Source: an uncultured Gammaproteobacteria bacterium
Lineage (GTDB): Bacteria; Patescibacteriota; Microgenomatia; UBA8517
Reading direction: 5' to 3'
Length of the DNA: 64,000 bases
Assembly: GCA_964617045.1 (NCBI GenBank)
Contig: CAZTVZ010000003.1
Location: 32,257 to 96,256, forward strand
Under the pieces are notes generated by a model that searched no databases, was not told where the DNA came from, and was given only the letters and a program-made list of their open reading frames with translations. Below are positions 28,093-36,927 of this stretch, in pieces. Positions within the stretch are counted from its first letter, which is position 1; every line of letters begins with the position of its first letter. The translations under genes and the position numbers were made by a program.

Positions 28093-29590
28093 CCAAAATC
28101 AAACTGACCCAAATGCTAATCCCATAGAACCTGTTTCCCCTCAGGCTCCCCCCCTACCAATGCCAGAAGAAATTCCCCCAATTACACCGGTTGTTGAAGA
28201 AGCAACACCGAATACCGAACCCATAAAAGAGAATGCCCTGTCCGAAGAAAATGTCCAACCGGCTTTTATGGCAACAGATTCTCCCCCTCCCCCTCCAATC
28301 CTTGAAACTGAAAACCCGACAAGAGAAGAAGTTGAAGGAAAAAGGGAAGATGATAATATGCCTGTTCCTGAAAAACCGAAAAAGAAATCTAAAGGTTTGG
28401 TTATTGGGCTTGTTGCAACTCTTCTTTTGATTGCAGGCTTGGGAGCAGGTGTTGTTTTGGTCAGACAACAACAGGACGTCAGGGAAAAAGCAGTCAGTTG
28501 TGGAGGAGCAGGTGCAACATGCCGCTTAAACGGCGATTGTTGTTCCGGAAAATGTAATTTAACCGGATATTCCGGAACTTGTGCAGCCCCAACAGGAACT
28601 CAAACACAATGTGTAAGCTCTGGAGGTGCCTGCACTTCAACTTCCCAATGTTGTGGAAATTTAAGCTGTAAGGGTGGAAAGTGTTTAACCGAAGAAGCAA
28701 GCACTCCCACTAAAACACCTACTGCAGCCGCGTGTATTGCCATAGGTCAAAGGTGTGCATCGGGAGAAACATGTTGTAATAACGGGAAATGTATTGACAA
28801 CAAGTGTTCACTATCTGGAACCAGTACACCGACTGCTCAACCCAACTGTTCCAAGGAGGGAGAGTTCTGTGGAATTGGAAGTGCAAACACAGGTCCGGTA
28901 AATTGTTGTAGCGGATTAAAATGTGACAATGGATATTCCATAGTCCACGCTACAGGATCAACCGGAAAATGTATAAAGGATGCTCCAAGCTGTGTACCTT
29001 TAGGGAAAAGGTGTGCATCAGGAGAAACATGTTGTAATAACGGGGTATGTTCCAATAATGTATGTGTCGCAACCACCCCTCCTCCGACCACAACCTTGTG
29101 TCCCAAATCATGTGTTGCGTCACCTAAATCAAATTGTAAACCCGGCACTTTCTATCCCAACGAAAGTACAAGCTTGGCTTATGGAGATTGTGGAGGAACA
29201 GGATTCAATGAATATTGTTGCGATCCTATTGACGGGGCACCAACAAAAATTCCGACATCAACAACAACTTCTACTCCCAAACCACCATCGGGTGATTACT
29301 GCCAATGTTTAAATGTTGTCGCATATGACACAAACTGGAACCTGCTAACAACAGATGCGTTGAAAAATCTTAAAGCTGGAGACAAAATAAGGTTCACGGT
29401 AAAAGGGCGGGCTTCAAGCGGAAAGTTCGATAAAGCAAAGTTTAAGATAAATGGACAGGAAACTGCCGAAATGACAACAAAGAAGCCAAACACCGAAGAG
29501 TTCTATTACGAATATACAATTCCTGCAAATGTATATTCATTTAAGATTGACGCCAAAATACATCATGATCAGAAAGGATGGTCAAACTAA
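28085..29590 (+). CDS. Membrane-anchored cysteine-rich repeat surface protein
   Basis: Pro/Glu-rich N-terminal tail, KKK then TM, five C-x6-C-xn-CC-xn-C-xn-C repeats, C-terminal beta-rich domain. Confidence 0.85.
   Translation: MPDQNQTDPNANPIEPVSPQAPPLPMPEEIPPITPVVEEATPNTEPIKENALSEENVQPAFMATDSPPPPPILETENPTREEVEGKREDDNMPVPEKPKKKSKGLVIGLVATLLLIAGLGAGVVLVRQQQDVREKAVSCGGAGATCRLNGDCCSGKCNLTGYSGTCAAPTGTQTQCVSSGGACTSTSQCCGNLSCKGGKCLTEEASTPTKTPTAAACIAIGQRCASGETCCNNGKCIDNKCSLSGTSTPTAQPNCSKEGEFCGIGSANTGPVNCCSGLKCDNGYSIVHATGSTGKCIKDAPSCVPLGKRCASGETCCNNGVCSNNVCVATTPPPTTTLCPKSCVASPKSNCKPGTFYPNESTSLAYGDCGGTGFNEYCCDPIDGAPTKIPTSTTTSTPKPPSGDYCQCLNVVAYDTNWNLLTTDALKNLKAGDKIRFTVKGRASSGKFDKAKFKINGQETAEMTTKKPNTEEFYYEYTIPANVYSFKIDAKIHHDQKGWSN
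28749..29044 (+). repeat. 38-bp near-exact direct repeat (Cys-rich modules 3 and 5)
   Basis: AAAGGTGTGCATC(G/A)GGAGAAACATGTTGTAATAACGGG at 28749-28786 and 29007-29044, one mismatch; encodes RCASGETCCNNG. Confidence 0.85.
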
Positions 29591-29592
29591 TT

Positions 29593-30144
29593 ATGAAAAA
29601 TAAAGCCGTATCAATAATAATTTTGGTAATAACTTTACTTTTGGCGGGAGTTGCGATATTCACCGCTGTCAGATTGTACCAACTTAGACAAGAGTCTGTG
29701 GCTCCAACTGCACCAGAAAGTGAACCTGCTGCTGCTGCACCCGAATCATGTAGCTCGCTCTCCTTTACGATTGGTGAACCAACCGGAACACCGACAAACA
29801 CAATTACAACTACGCCAATTGTTAAAGATTGTGCACAGTCGTGTGCAGCCAGTAGTGAATGTAAATCCGGACTTATTTGTTCCAACGGATCATGCAGAAA
29901 TCCTTCTTGTACATCCGAAACAGATTGTGTCTGTCCAACAGCAACAACCACAACAACTTCAACACCTACCGCGACATCGACTGTAACCTCAACAGTAACG
30001 ACAACTGCAACTTCGACATCGACTGTAACCTCAACAATTACGCCAACGGCAACTCTACCAGATGCAGGCATTCCTGCTCCGACAGTATTCGGAATTAGTT
30101 TCGGTGTCCTACTCCTTATTATTGCCGTTGCTCTCGCGCTTTAA
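29593..30144 (+). CDS. Small Cys-rich, Thr-rich surface protein with LPDAG sorting-type signal
   Basis: N-terminal TM; CAQSCAASSECKSGLICSNGSCRNPSCTSETDCVC; Thr-rich stalk; LPDAG + hydrophobic C-terminus. ATG 29593 follows the upstream stop. Confidence 0.85.
   Translation: MKNKAVSIIILVITLLLAGVAIFTAVRLYQLRQESVAPTAPESEPAAAAPESCSSLSFTIGEPTGTPTNTITTTPIVKDCAQSCAASSECKSGLICSNGSCRNPSCTSETDCVCPTATTTTTSTPTATSTVTSTVTTTATSTSTVTSTITPTATLPDAGIPAPTVFGISFGVLLLIIAVALAL
29972..30036 (+). repeat. 23-bp exact direct repeat in the Thr-rich stalk
   Basis: CGACATCGACTGTAACCTCAACA at 29972-29994 and 30014-30036. Confidence 0.8.
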
Positions 30145-30192
30145 TTGTTGATAAAATTTTTTCATAGGGCAAAATGTATTAAGGCTTAATCT

Positions 30193-30981
30193 ATGTTCGA
30201 TCAAAACCAACAAAATCAAATTCCTTTCACCCCACCACCGGTCCCTCAGGGAGAACCGGTTCCTCCACAACCAATGGACATGCCACCCATGCCTCAAATG
30301 GGTATCGCAACTCCTCCTCCCGGAGAAAAGAAAGCCGCCAGCGGAAAAATAATTGCAACCGTGTTTGCAATTTTCATCCTTGTCGGTGGACTTGCGGCAG
30401 GATTGATTCTTGTAAGAAGAAATCAAGACTTAAGAGAGCAAGCAGAAACAACCTGTGTTGAAGAATGCCCGGGTGTCGATTCCGGTGGAAGAAGCGTTTT
30501 AAGAAACTGTACACCGCCAGAAGCCGACGGCACTTCTGACGATCAAATCTGTAACTTGGCTGGCAGAACAGGACAGTGTGGAGGACAACAATATTGTTGT
30601 CCGGCAGCAGGAGGGGTTTGGACAACAAATATGACAGCGTGTACGCCCAAGGAATCTGTGTGCAACGATTCCATAGACAATGACAATGATGGATTAACCG
30701 ATTGTACCGACTCTGATTGTTCGACTTCGACATATTGCCAAGCAACACCTACCGAAACACCTTCCATTACATCGACGCCGTCGGCAACAACAACGATAAG
30801 CCCAACTTCAACCGCAACTTCGACGGCAACAATAACAGCAACAAAAACACCGACTTTGACATCAACTGCAACAGCAACTGTCAGCCCACCCATTCCAGAT
30901 TCAGGTCTTCCACTTCCAACCGTGATAGCATTTGGTTTTGGGGCACTACTTGTAATAATCTCCTTGGTACTTGTCCTTTAA
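30193..30981 (+). CDS. Cys-rich surface protein with Asp-rich putative Ca-binding motif and IPDSG sorting-type signal
   Basis: Pro-rich N-tail, TM, Cys-rich domain, CNDSIDNDNDGLTDCTDSDC, Thr stalk, IPDSG + TM. Confidence 0.85.
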   Translation: MFDQNQQNQIPFTPPPVPQGEPVPPQPMDMPPMPQMGIATPPPGEKKAASGKIIATVFAIFILVGGLAAGLILVRRNQDLREQAETTCVEECPGVDSGGRSVLRNCTPPEADGTSDDQICNLAGRTGQCGGQQYCCPAAGGVWTTNMTACTPKESVCNDSIDNDNDGLTDCTDSDCSTSTYCQATPTETPSITSTPSATTTISPTSTATSTATITATKTPTLTSTATATVSPPIPDSGLPLPTVIAFGFGALLVIISLVLVL

Positions 30982-31008
30982 ACCTCGTCAAATTATGATT
31001 TCTGTAAT

Positions 31009-33042
31009 ATGGATTATCTGAGCATTTTATATTGGTGGATATTTTTATTTTTACTGGGGCTTATAAACTACCCTTTTTCGTTCATTCTTCTGAGGAAAAA
31101 CTCCGATCGCGGTTACGGATTATCCAAAATTATATCTCTTCTTCTGATTAGCTACATCCTTCTTTTGGGTTCTTCGCTCAAGTTGTTTCCTTTTACGATA
31201 TATTCTTCCCTTTCCGCGTTGCTTCTTCTTGTTTTTGTTAACACACTAATCTTTCTAAAAAATAAAAGGGAAATTATTCGTGACACAAAACTAACTATTC
31301 GATTAATTATCTTTCAGGAAATATTATTTTCCTCCGCATTACTCTTTTGGTCTTTTATTAAAATGCACAACCCTGACATTCGAAGCTTGGAAAAATTTAT
31401 GGATTACGGGTTTATAAACTCGATCTTAAAAAGCCCTTGGCAACCTGCTCAGGACATGTGGTTTGCCGGAGGAAAAATAAATTATTATTATTTCGGACAT
31501 TTCTATACTGCAGTTGCCACAAGATTGTCTTTTCTGCCCAGCTCAATTACTTACAACCTCATGCTGTCCACAATTTTAGGGTTTTTAGTTAACGGAGCCT
31601 ATTCTCTGGTGCACACGATTTTTTCATCTCTCCCTAAAGGGATCAACAAAAAAGCGGTTTCTGCAGGGATAATTTCATTTCTGCTTGTATCTTTCGCGGG
31701 AAATTTCCATACGCCGATATATGCCTTTCAAAAAGGAATCGATAAATATTGGTATCCGGATGCGACAAGATTCATCGGTTATAATCCCGACACCAACGAC
31801 AAAACAATACATGAATTTCCCCTCTACTCTTTCGTCGTGTCTGATCTGCATGCCCACTTATTGGGAATTCCAATCGTAATTCTTTATTTGAGTTTCCTGT
31901 TCATGATTTTCGGCTCTTCCGAAAATATAACATTTCGAAAACGCATCCCGTTCTTGCTGTTCCCAGGATTTTTATTCGGGCTTATGTTTATGACCAACAC
32001 CTGGGATTTTGCCTCATATATGCTAATCACCGGAGTTTGCCTCGTTATGTCACGGATATCTCTATTTAAAGATATTGGCAATATTTCTCAAGCCGTCTAT
32101 GACATTTCTTTAAACATTATTATTCTTCTTGTTATTGGCTTGATTACTGCGCTTCCGTTTATCCTTAATTTCGAATCAATTGCGGAGGGTGTGCAATTTG
32201 TAACTTCACGCTCCCCGGTTTGGCAATTGTTAATCTTATGGGGACTTCCGATACTACTTCTTGTTTTCTTTTCGGCTTTTATTATCGCAAAAAAGAAAGC
32301 CGAAAAATCAGATCTCTTTATTTTGGGACTATTGGTATCCTCTATTCTTCTCATTATCATCCCTGAAATCATATACGTAAAAGACATTTATATTGCATCT
32401 CATTACAGGGCCAATACTATGTTTAAAATTACCTATCAAGCATTTGTAATAGGTTATCTTTCGAGTGGATATGTTGCATTAAGAATAATCACTGGAATAA
32501 AAAATATTCCGTTTCGTATATTGTCCACAACGGTTTTTACTTTGCTATTTTCTGCAATGCTGACGTATCCGTTTTTTGCAGTAAATTCATATTTCGACAA
32601 ACTGGAAAACAAAACTGGCTTAAATGGAGAAACTTGGATTAAAAACACCTATCCCTCAACATATCGTGCTATTGAATATTTAAGGAATACCGTTTCCGAA
32701 CAAAAAATAATTACTGAAGCATCTGGAAACAGCTATACGGACTACAACGTAATTTCCAGCTATACTGGCCTTCCAACAATACAAGGGTGGTTTGTCCACG
32801 AGTGGTTATGGAGAGGAAGTGCAGAATTGCCCTCAGAAAGAGTCTCTGATCTGGAGATTCTATACACATCGAAAAATATTAACGAAGTAAAAAAGATAAT
32901 AGAAAAATATAAAGTTAACTACTTAATATACGGTTTTTTTGAAAAAGAAAAATATCCCAACAACAACGAACTATTAATAGACAGTCTCGGAGAAATAGTA
33001 TTTACCGATGGTGATACTACTATTTATTCAGTTGATTATTAA
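31009..33042 (+). CDS. YYY/DUF2298-family polytopic membrane protein (putative GT-C glycosyltransferase)
   Basis: EKFMD.GFINS, DMWFAGG.INYYYFG, W.ATR.I, TIHEFPLYSFVVSDLHAH, NTWDF, RANTMFK. Confidence 0.82.
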   Translation: MDYLSILYWWIFLFLLGLINYPFSFILLRKNSDRGYGLSKIISLLLISYILLLGSSLKLFPFTIYSSLSALLLLVFVNTLIFLKNKREIIRDTKLTIRLIIFQEILFSSALLFWSFIKMHNPDIRSLEKFMDYGFINSILKSPWQPAQDMWFAGGKINYYYFGHFYTAVATRLSFLPSSITYNLMLSTILGFLVNGAYSLVHTIFSSLPKGINKKAVSAGIISFLLVSFAGNFHTPIYAFQKGIDKYWYPDATRFIGYNPDTNDKTIHEFPLYSFVVSDLHAHLLGIPIVILYLSFLFMIFGSSENITFRKRIPFLLFPGFLFGLMFMTNTWDFASYMLITGVCLVMSRISLFKDIGNISQAVYDISLNIIILLVIGLITALPFILNFESIAEGVQFVTSRSPVWQLLILWGLPILLLVFFSAFIIAKKKAEKSDLFILGLLVSSILLIIIPEIIYVKDIYIASHYRANTMFKITYQAFVIGYLSSGYVALRIITGIKNIPFRILSTTVFTLLFSAMLTYPFFAVNSYFDKLENKTGLNGETWIKNTYPSTYRAIEYLRNTVSEQKIITEASGNSYTDYNVISSYTGLPTIQGWFVHEWLWRGSAELPSERVSDLEILYTSKNINEVKKIIEKYKVNYLIYGFFEKEKYPNNNELLIDSLGEIVFTDGDTTIYSVDY

Positions 33043-34045
33043 CCCACGATCTTAAATCTTCCCAAGATCCGGAAGCAGGTATAAAAACATATTGATGATC
33101 ATACTTAGAACTAATAGGAGGATTAAAAAGATATTCTTCCGGAATATTATGTTGTCTAATATCATTTCTTGCGTTAACAACAAGTTTTCCTAACACCCCC
33201 AGTGAACCAAATTTGAGATCTGTTTCAATATATTTTTCTGCCACCCTCCATGATTCATACAATTTCACCGGATTTAAAAGAATTTGGTAAGTAAGCATTT
33301 TGTCTTTGATCGAATTTATTACTTTTTGTTGTCTTGCCGAACGAGCCAAGTCAGTTCCTTCATCCCCCTGTGCGTTTCTTGATCTCACAAATTTCAGAGC
33401 AGTATCGCCATTCATTTTCTGGATTCCTTTTTCAAAAACAATCGTTTCGTATCTGCATTTCAATTCTTTGTCGCCGTCACAAAGATCATTCTCTTTACCC
33501 TTGATGGGATACTTCGGATCTGTAAATGCATTTTCCACATCAACATCTATTCCGCCGATCACATCAACTATTTCCGTAAATCCGTCGAAATCAATAACAA
33601 TCCCGTAGTTTATCTTTTCTTGTAACAATTCAGAGGCAATATCTTTTGCAAAGGATAATCCTGTTGTTTCATCTTTTTGCTTTCCCCAATAATAGGCACT
33701 GTTTATTTTCGCTCTAATGGATGGGATCCAAACATCCCTGGGAATAGAAATTGTATCAATCTTGGATTTTTCGGAAGAAATACTTACAAGCATTATGGAA
33801 TCGGTCAAGTCAGATCCATCGTGTCCTGCTCCTGATTTTCCGAGAACCAACAAGTTAACCCTTCCTTCCTGGTTTTCGATTTTTGTCAAATCGGTATTAA
33901 CATAATCCATAGCCAGGGAGAAAAACTTTCCAAAATCCATTTTTGCTAAGAAGAAGTAAAGAAACATAAAGAGTGATATGACAAATAACAAAAACAGCCC
34001 GATTCTTATAGCTTTTCGTGAAGGTATTTTAGATTCTTTTTCCAT
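33020..34045 (-). CDS. LytR-CpsA-Psr (LCP) family glycopolymer transferase
   Basis: NLLVLG, LTDSIML, ISIPRD, KINSAY, FDGF..IVD.IGGIDV, ALKFVRSR, DLARSARQQ. Confidence 0.93.
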   Translation of the reverse strand: MEKESKIPSRKAIRIGLFLLFVISLFMFLYFFLAKMDFGKFFSLAMDYVNTDLTKIENQEGRVNLLVLGKSGAGHDGSDLTDSIMLVSISSEKSKIDTISIPRDVWIPSIRAKINSAYYWGKQKDETTGLSFAKDIASELLQEKINYGIVIDFDGFTEIVDVIGGIDVDVENAFTDPKYPIKGKENDLCDGDKELKCRYETIVFEKGIQKMNGDTALKFVRSRNAQGDEGTDLARSARQQKVINSIKDKMLTYQILLNPVKLYESWRVAEKYIETDLKFGSLGVLGKLVVNARNDIRQHNIPEEYLFNPPISSKYDHQYVFIPASGSWEDLRSWVNNQLNK

Positions 34046-34090
34046 GCTAGAATTATTCTTCGATAGAGATATATTTTATTCTAGCAGGTA

Positions 34091-35929
34091 ATGACTAACA
34101 AGCTCCTAACAGATTTAAACAAAGAACAAAACGAGGCTGTCTCCTATTTAGGAACTCCCCTCCTTGTTTTGGCCGGTGCCGGAAGCGGTAAAACAAGGGT
34201 ACTTACTTACAGGGTTGCTTATCTTATTTCAGAGGGAGTTGCCAAATCCGAAAACATTCTTCTTCTTACTTTTACCAACAAGGCTGCAGGCGAGATGAAA
34301 GAAAGATGCGTAGATCTTATTGGAGAGGTTCCTTTCTTTGCTGGGACCTTCCATTCATTTTGTGCCAAGGTGTTAAGACAGGACGGAAGTGTAATAGGAA
34401 TTCCAAAGGGCTTTTTGATTTATGACACCCAAGACCAAAAGGACGCAATCAAAGATATACTCGAAAAGTTTAATCTCTCTTCTGACTCTTATAACCCAAA
34501 CGGTATTTTGTCTGCAATAAGCGATGCCAAGAATCAAATGTTGACACCTCTTCAATATGCAGAATACGCCCAGGGTGAATGGCAGGAACAAATATTCAAA
34601 ATCTGGCTGGAGTACGATAAATACCTAAAAGAAGTCGGGGCACTTGATTTTGACGACCTTATTATGAAAACGATGGAACTCTTCAAATACTACCCCGAAA
34701 TTCTTAAAAGATGGCAGGAAAAAATTAAATTTACTTTCGTTGACGAATGGCAAGATACAAATAAAGTTCAATACAATTTAATCAAACTAATTGTCGGTGA
34801 CAGGGGCAGTCTCACAGTAGTCGGTGATGCTTCACAATCGATTTACAGCTGGAGAGGGGCAGATTATCGCAATATCACCTATCTAATGAAAGACTATCCG
34901 AAAATTAAAATCGTCAACCTGGAACAAAACTACAGATCGACACAAAACATCTTAACTGCCGCAAACGCGGTAATTTCCAAAAACACTTCTCATCCGATTC
35001 TAAAGTTGTGGACCAGTAATGCCGTTGGAGAAAGGCTAAAACTCTATACCGCAAGAAACGGAATGGATGAGGCAGAATACGTTGTTAACGAAATAAAAGG
35101 TTTAAATATGTGGGGATATTCGCTCAAAGACATTGCGGTGCTATACAGAACAAATGCCCAATCCCGTGTTCTGGAAGAAGCCCTTCTCCACTCCGGAATA
35201 CCTTATATCCTTGTTGGGGGTACAAGATTCTATGAAAGAAAAGAAATTAAAGACGTTCTCTGTTACCTAAGACTGATTGCCAATCCACGAGATTCCGTTT
35301 CCAAAAAAAGATCTCTTAAACTAGGTAAAAGGAGATTGGAAAGATTTGAGGAATATAAAAAAGAGCTTGTTGATCCGGCTTCATACGCAACTTTGGATTT
35401 AATGGATGGTGTTCTTGCCAAAACAAAGTACTTGGATTTGTTTGAAAAAGAAACCGAAGAAAACTTGGCAAGACTGGAAAACATTAAAGAATTAAGATCG
35501 GTTGCGTCTCAATTTCCGGACATAAACGATTTTTTGGAAAATGTAGCCTTGGTTGAAGCCGAACAGGAAGCCACGATTAAAAACCAGGACAAGTCGGAAA
35601 AAGTTACCTTAATGACACTTCACTCCGCAAAGGGTCTTGAGTTCCCCGTTGTGTTTATCGTTGGTATGGAAGAGGGCATCTTTCCCCATTCTCGCTCCCT
35701 TAACGACAAATCTCAACTTGAAGAAGAACGAAGGTTGGCTTACGTCGGAATTACGAGAGCCAAAGAACTTTTATATCTTTCCTATGCCGCAAGGAGGTTA
35801 TTTTTCGGAGAACAACTCAGCAATCCACCCTCCAGATTTATCATTGAGATACCCGAGAATTTACTCCAGGGGGTCGGAACAAGTAGAATATTAGATAGTT
35901 ACAAAGACGACATAGACTTGGATATATGA
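34091..35929 (+). CDS. pcrA: ATP-dependent DNA helicase PcrA/UvrD (compact)
   Basis: LAGAGSGKTRVLT, TFTNKAA, DEWQDTN, QSIYSWRGA, QNYRST, LMTLHSAKGLEFP, EEERRLAYVGITRA. Confidence 0.95.
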   Translation: MTNKLLTDLNKEQNEAVSYLGTPLLVLAGAGSGKTRVLTYRVAYLISEGVAKSENILLLTFTNKAAGEMKERCVDLIGEVPFFAGTFHSFCAKVLRQDGSVIGIPKGFLIYDTQDQKDAIKDILEKFNLSSDSYNPNGILSAISDAKNQMLTPLQYAEYAQGEWQEQIFKIWLEYDKYLKEVGALDFDDLIMKTMELFKYYPEILKRWQEKIKFTFVDEWQDTNKVQYNLIKLIVGDRGSLTVVGDASQSIYSWRGADYRNITYLMKDYPKIKIVNLEQNYRSTQNILTAANAVISKNTSHPILKLWTSNAVGERLKLYTARNGMDEAEYVVNEIKGLNMWGYSLKDIAVLYRTNAQSRVLEEALLHSGIPYILVGGTRFYERKEIKDVLCYLRLIANPRDSVSKKRSLKLGKRRLERFEEYKKELVDPASYATLDLMDGVLAKTKYLDLFEKETEENLARLENIKELRSVASQFPDINDFLENVALVEAEQEATIKNQDKSEKVTLMTLHSAKGLEFPVVFIVGMEEGIFPHSRSLNDKSQLEEERRLAYVGITRAKELLYLSYAARRLFFGEQLSNPPSRFIIEIPENLLQGVGTSRILDSYKDDIDLDI

Positions 35930-36927
35930 TCAGACTGGCAAACGAAAACGATAAAGGTGATTTCAATAAAGTATCTACCCATCCCCTGCAATCATGGGAG
36001 TGGGGAAACTTTCGAAGCAAATGGGGAAATAAAATTGTTAGACTCGTTGAAGAGAAAAACGGAAAAATAACAAAGGCGCTCCAGATAATTTTCTCAGTCA
36101 TTCCGCATACCACTTACACCGTAGGAACTGTTATTAAGGGGCCTGAATTGTCGCAGGAATTAATCGACAAGGTAAAGTCTATAGCCCGAGAATATAATGC
36201 AATATTTATAAAATTTGAACCCAACTTAAAGAAAAACGATAAACAAATAGAAATTTACAAGAAAAATTCTTTCGTTAAAGGTAAAAGGCTGTTTACTCCA
36301 ACTACTTTCGAAATAGATCTTACAAAATCCGAAGATGAACTATTGAAAGGTTTTTCCCAAAAAACCAGATATAACATTCGGTTGGCACAACGTTACGGGG
36401 TAATAGTAAAAGAAGACTCTTCGCAAAAAGCTTTTAACAAATATCTCGAACTTACAAAAGAGACAGTTTCCAGGCAAGGATTCTATGCACATACGCAGAA
36501 ATATCACAAGCTCATGTGGGAAGAACTAAACTCCGGTAAAAACAAAATTGCCCATTTACTAACAGCCAATTACAAAGGGGAGATTATCACCACGTGGATT
36601 CTTTTTGCTTGGAACAATTGTCTATATTATCCTTACGGAGCTTCAACAGAAAAATTCAAAAACGTAATGGCCAACAACTTAATGATGTGGGAGGCAATTA
36701 AGTATGGTAAAAAATTACATTTGAAAACGTTTGATCTTTGGGGAAGAGAAGAGGGAAAGGGTTTTACCAAGTTTAAAGAAGGATATAATCCGCAGGTTGT
36801 TGAGTTCTCCGGATCATGGGATATGCCGACATCTAATCTGTATAATTTTTACAACATCCTCGATGGGCTAAGATGGATCGTCTTAAAACTCAGGTCCAGA
36901 GTGTTGAAGATAAAACCATCTTTTTAA
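35926..36927 (+). CDS. FemABX family peptidyltransferase (lipid II side-chain aminoacyl transferase)
   Basis: HPLQSWEWG, IDLTKSEDELL..FSQKTRYNIRLA, YYPYGAS, LMMWEAI, FDLWG, G..KFK.GY. Confidence 0.9.
   Translation: MIRLANENDKGDFNKVSTHPLQSWEWGNFRSKWGNKIVRLVEEKNGKITKALQIIFSVIPHTTYTVGTVIKGPELSQELIDKVKSIAREYNAIFIKFEPNLKKNDKQIEIYKKNSFVKGKRLFTPTTFEIDLTKSEDELLKGFSQKTRYNIRLAQRYGVIVKEDSSQKAFNKYLELTKETVSRQGFYAHTQKYHKLMWEELNSGKNKIAHLLTANYKGEIITTWILFAWNNCLYYPYGASTEKFKNVMANNLMMWEAIKYGKKLHLKTFDLWGREEGKGFTKFKEGYNPQVVEFSGSWDMPTSNLYNFYNILDGLRWIVLKLRSRVLKIKPSF

Noticed and set aside
27883-30036. Short direct repeats considered as a CRISPR array or DGR template/variable repeats
   Set aside because: Each occurs only twice, in frame, within coding linkers or Cys modules; there are no spacers, cas genes or reverse transcriptase in the window.
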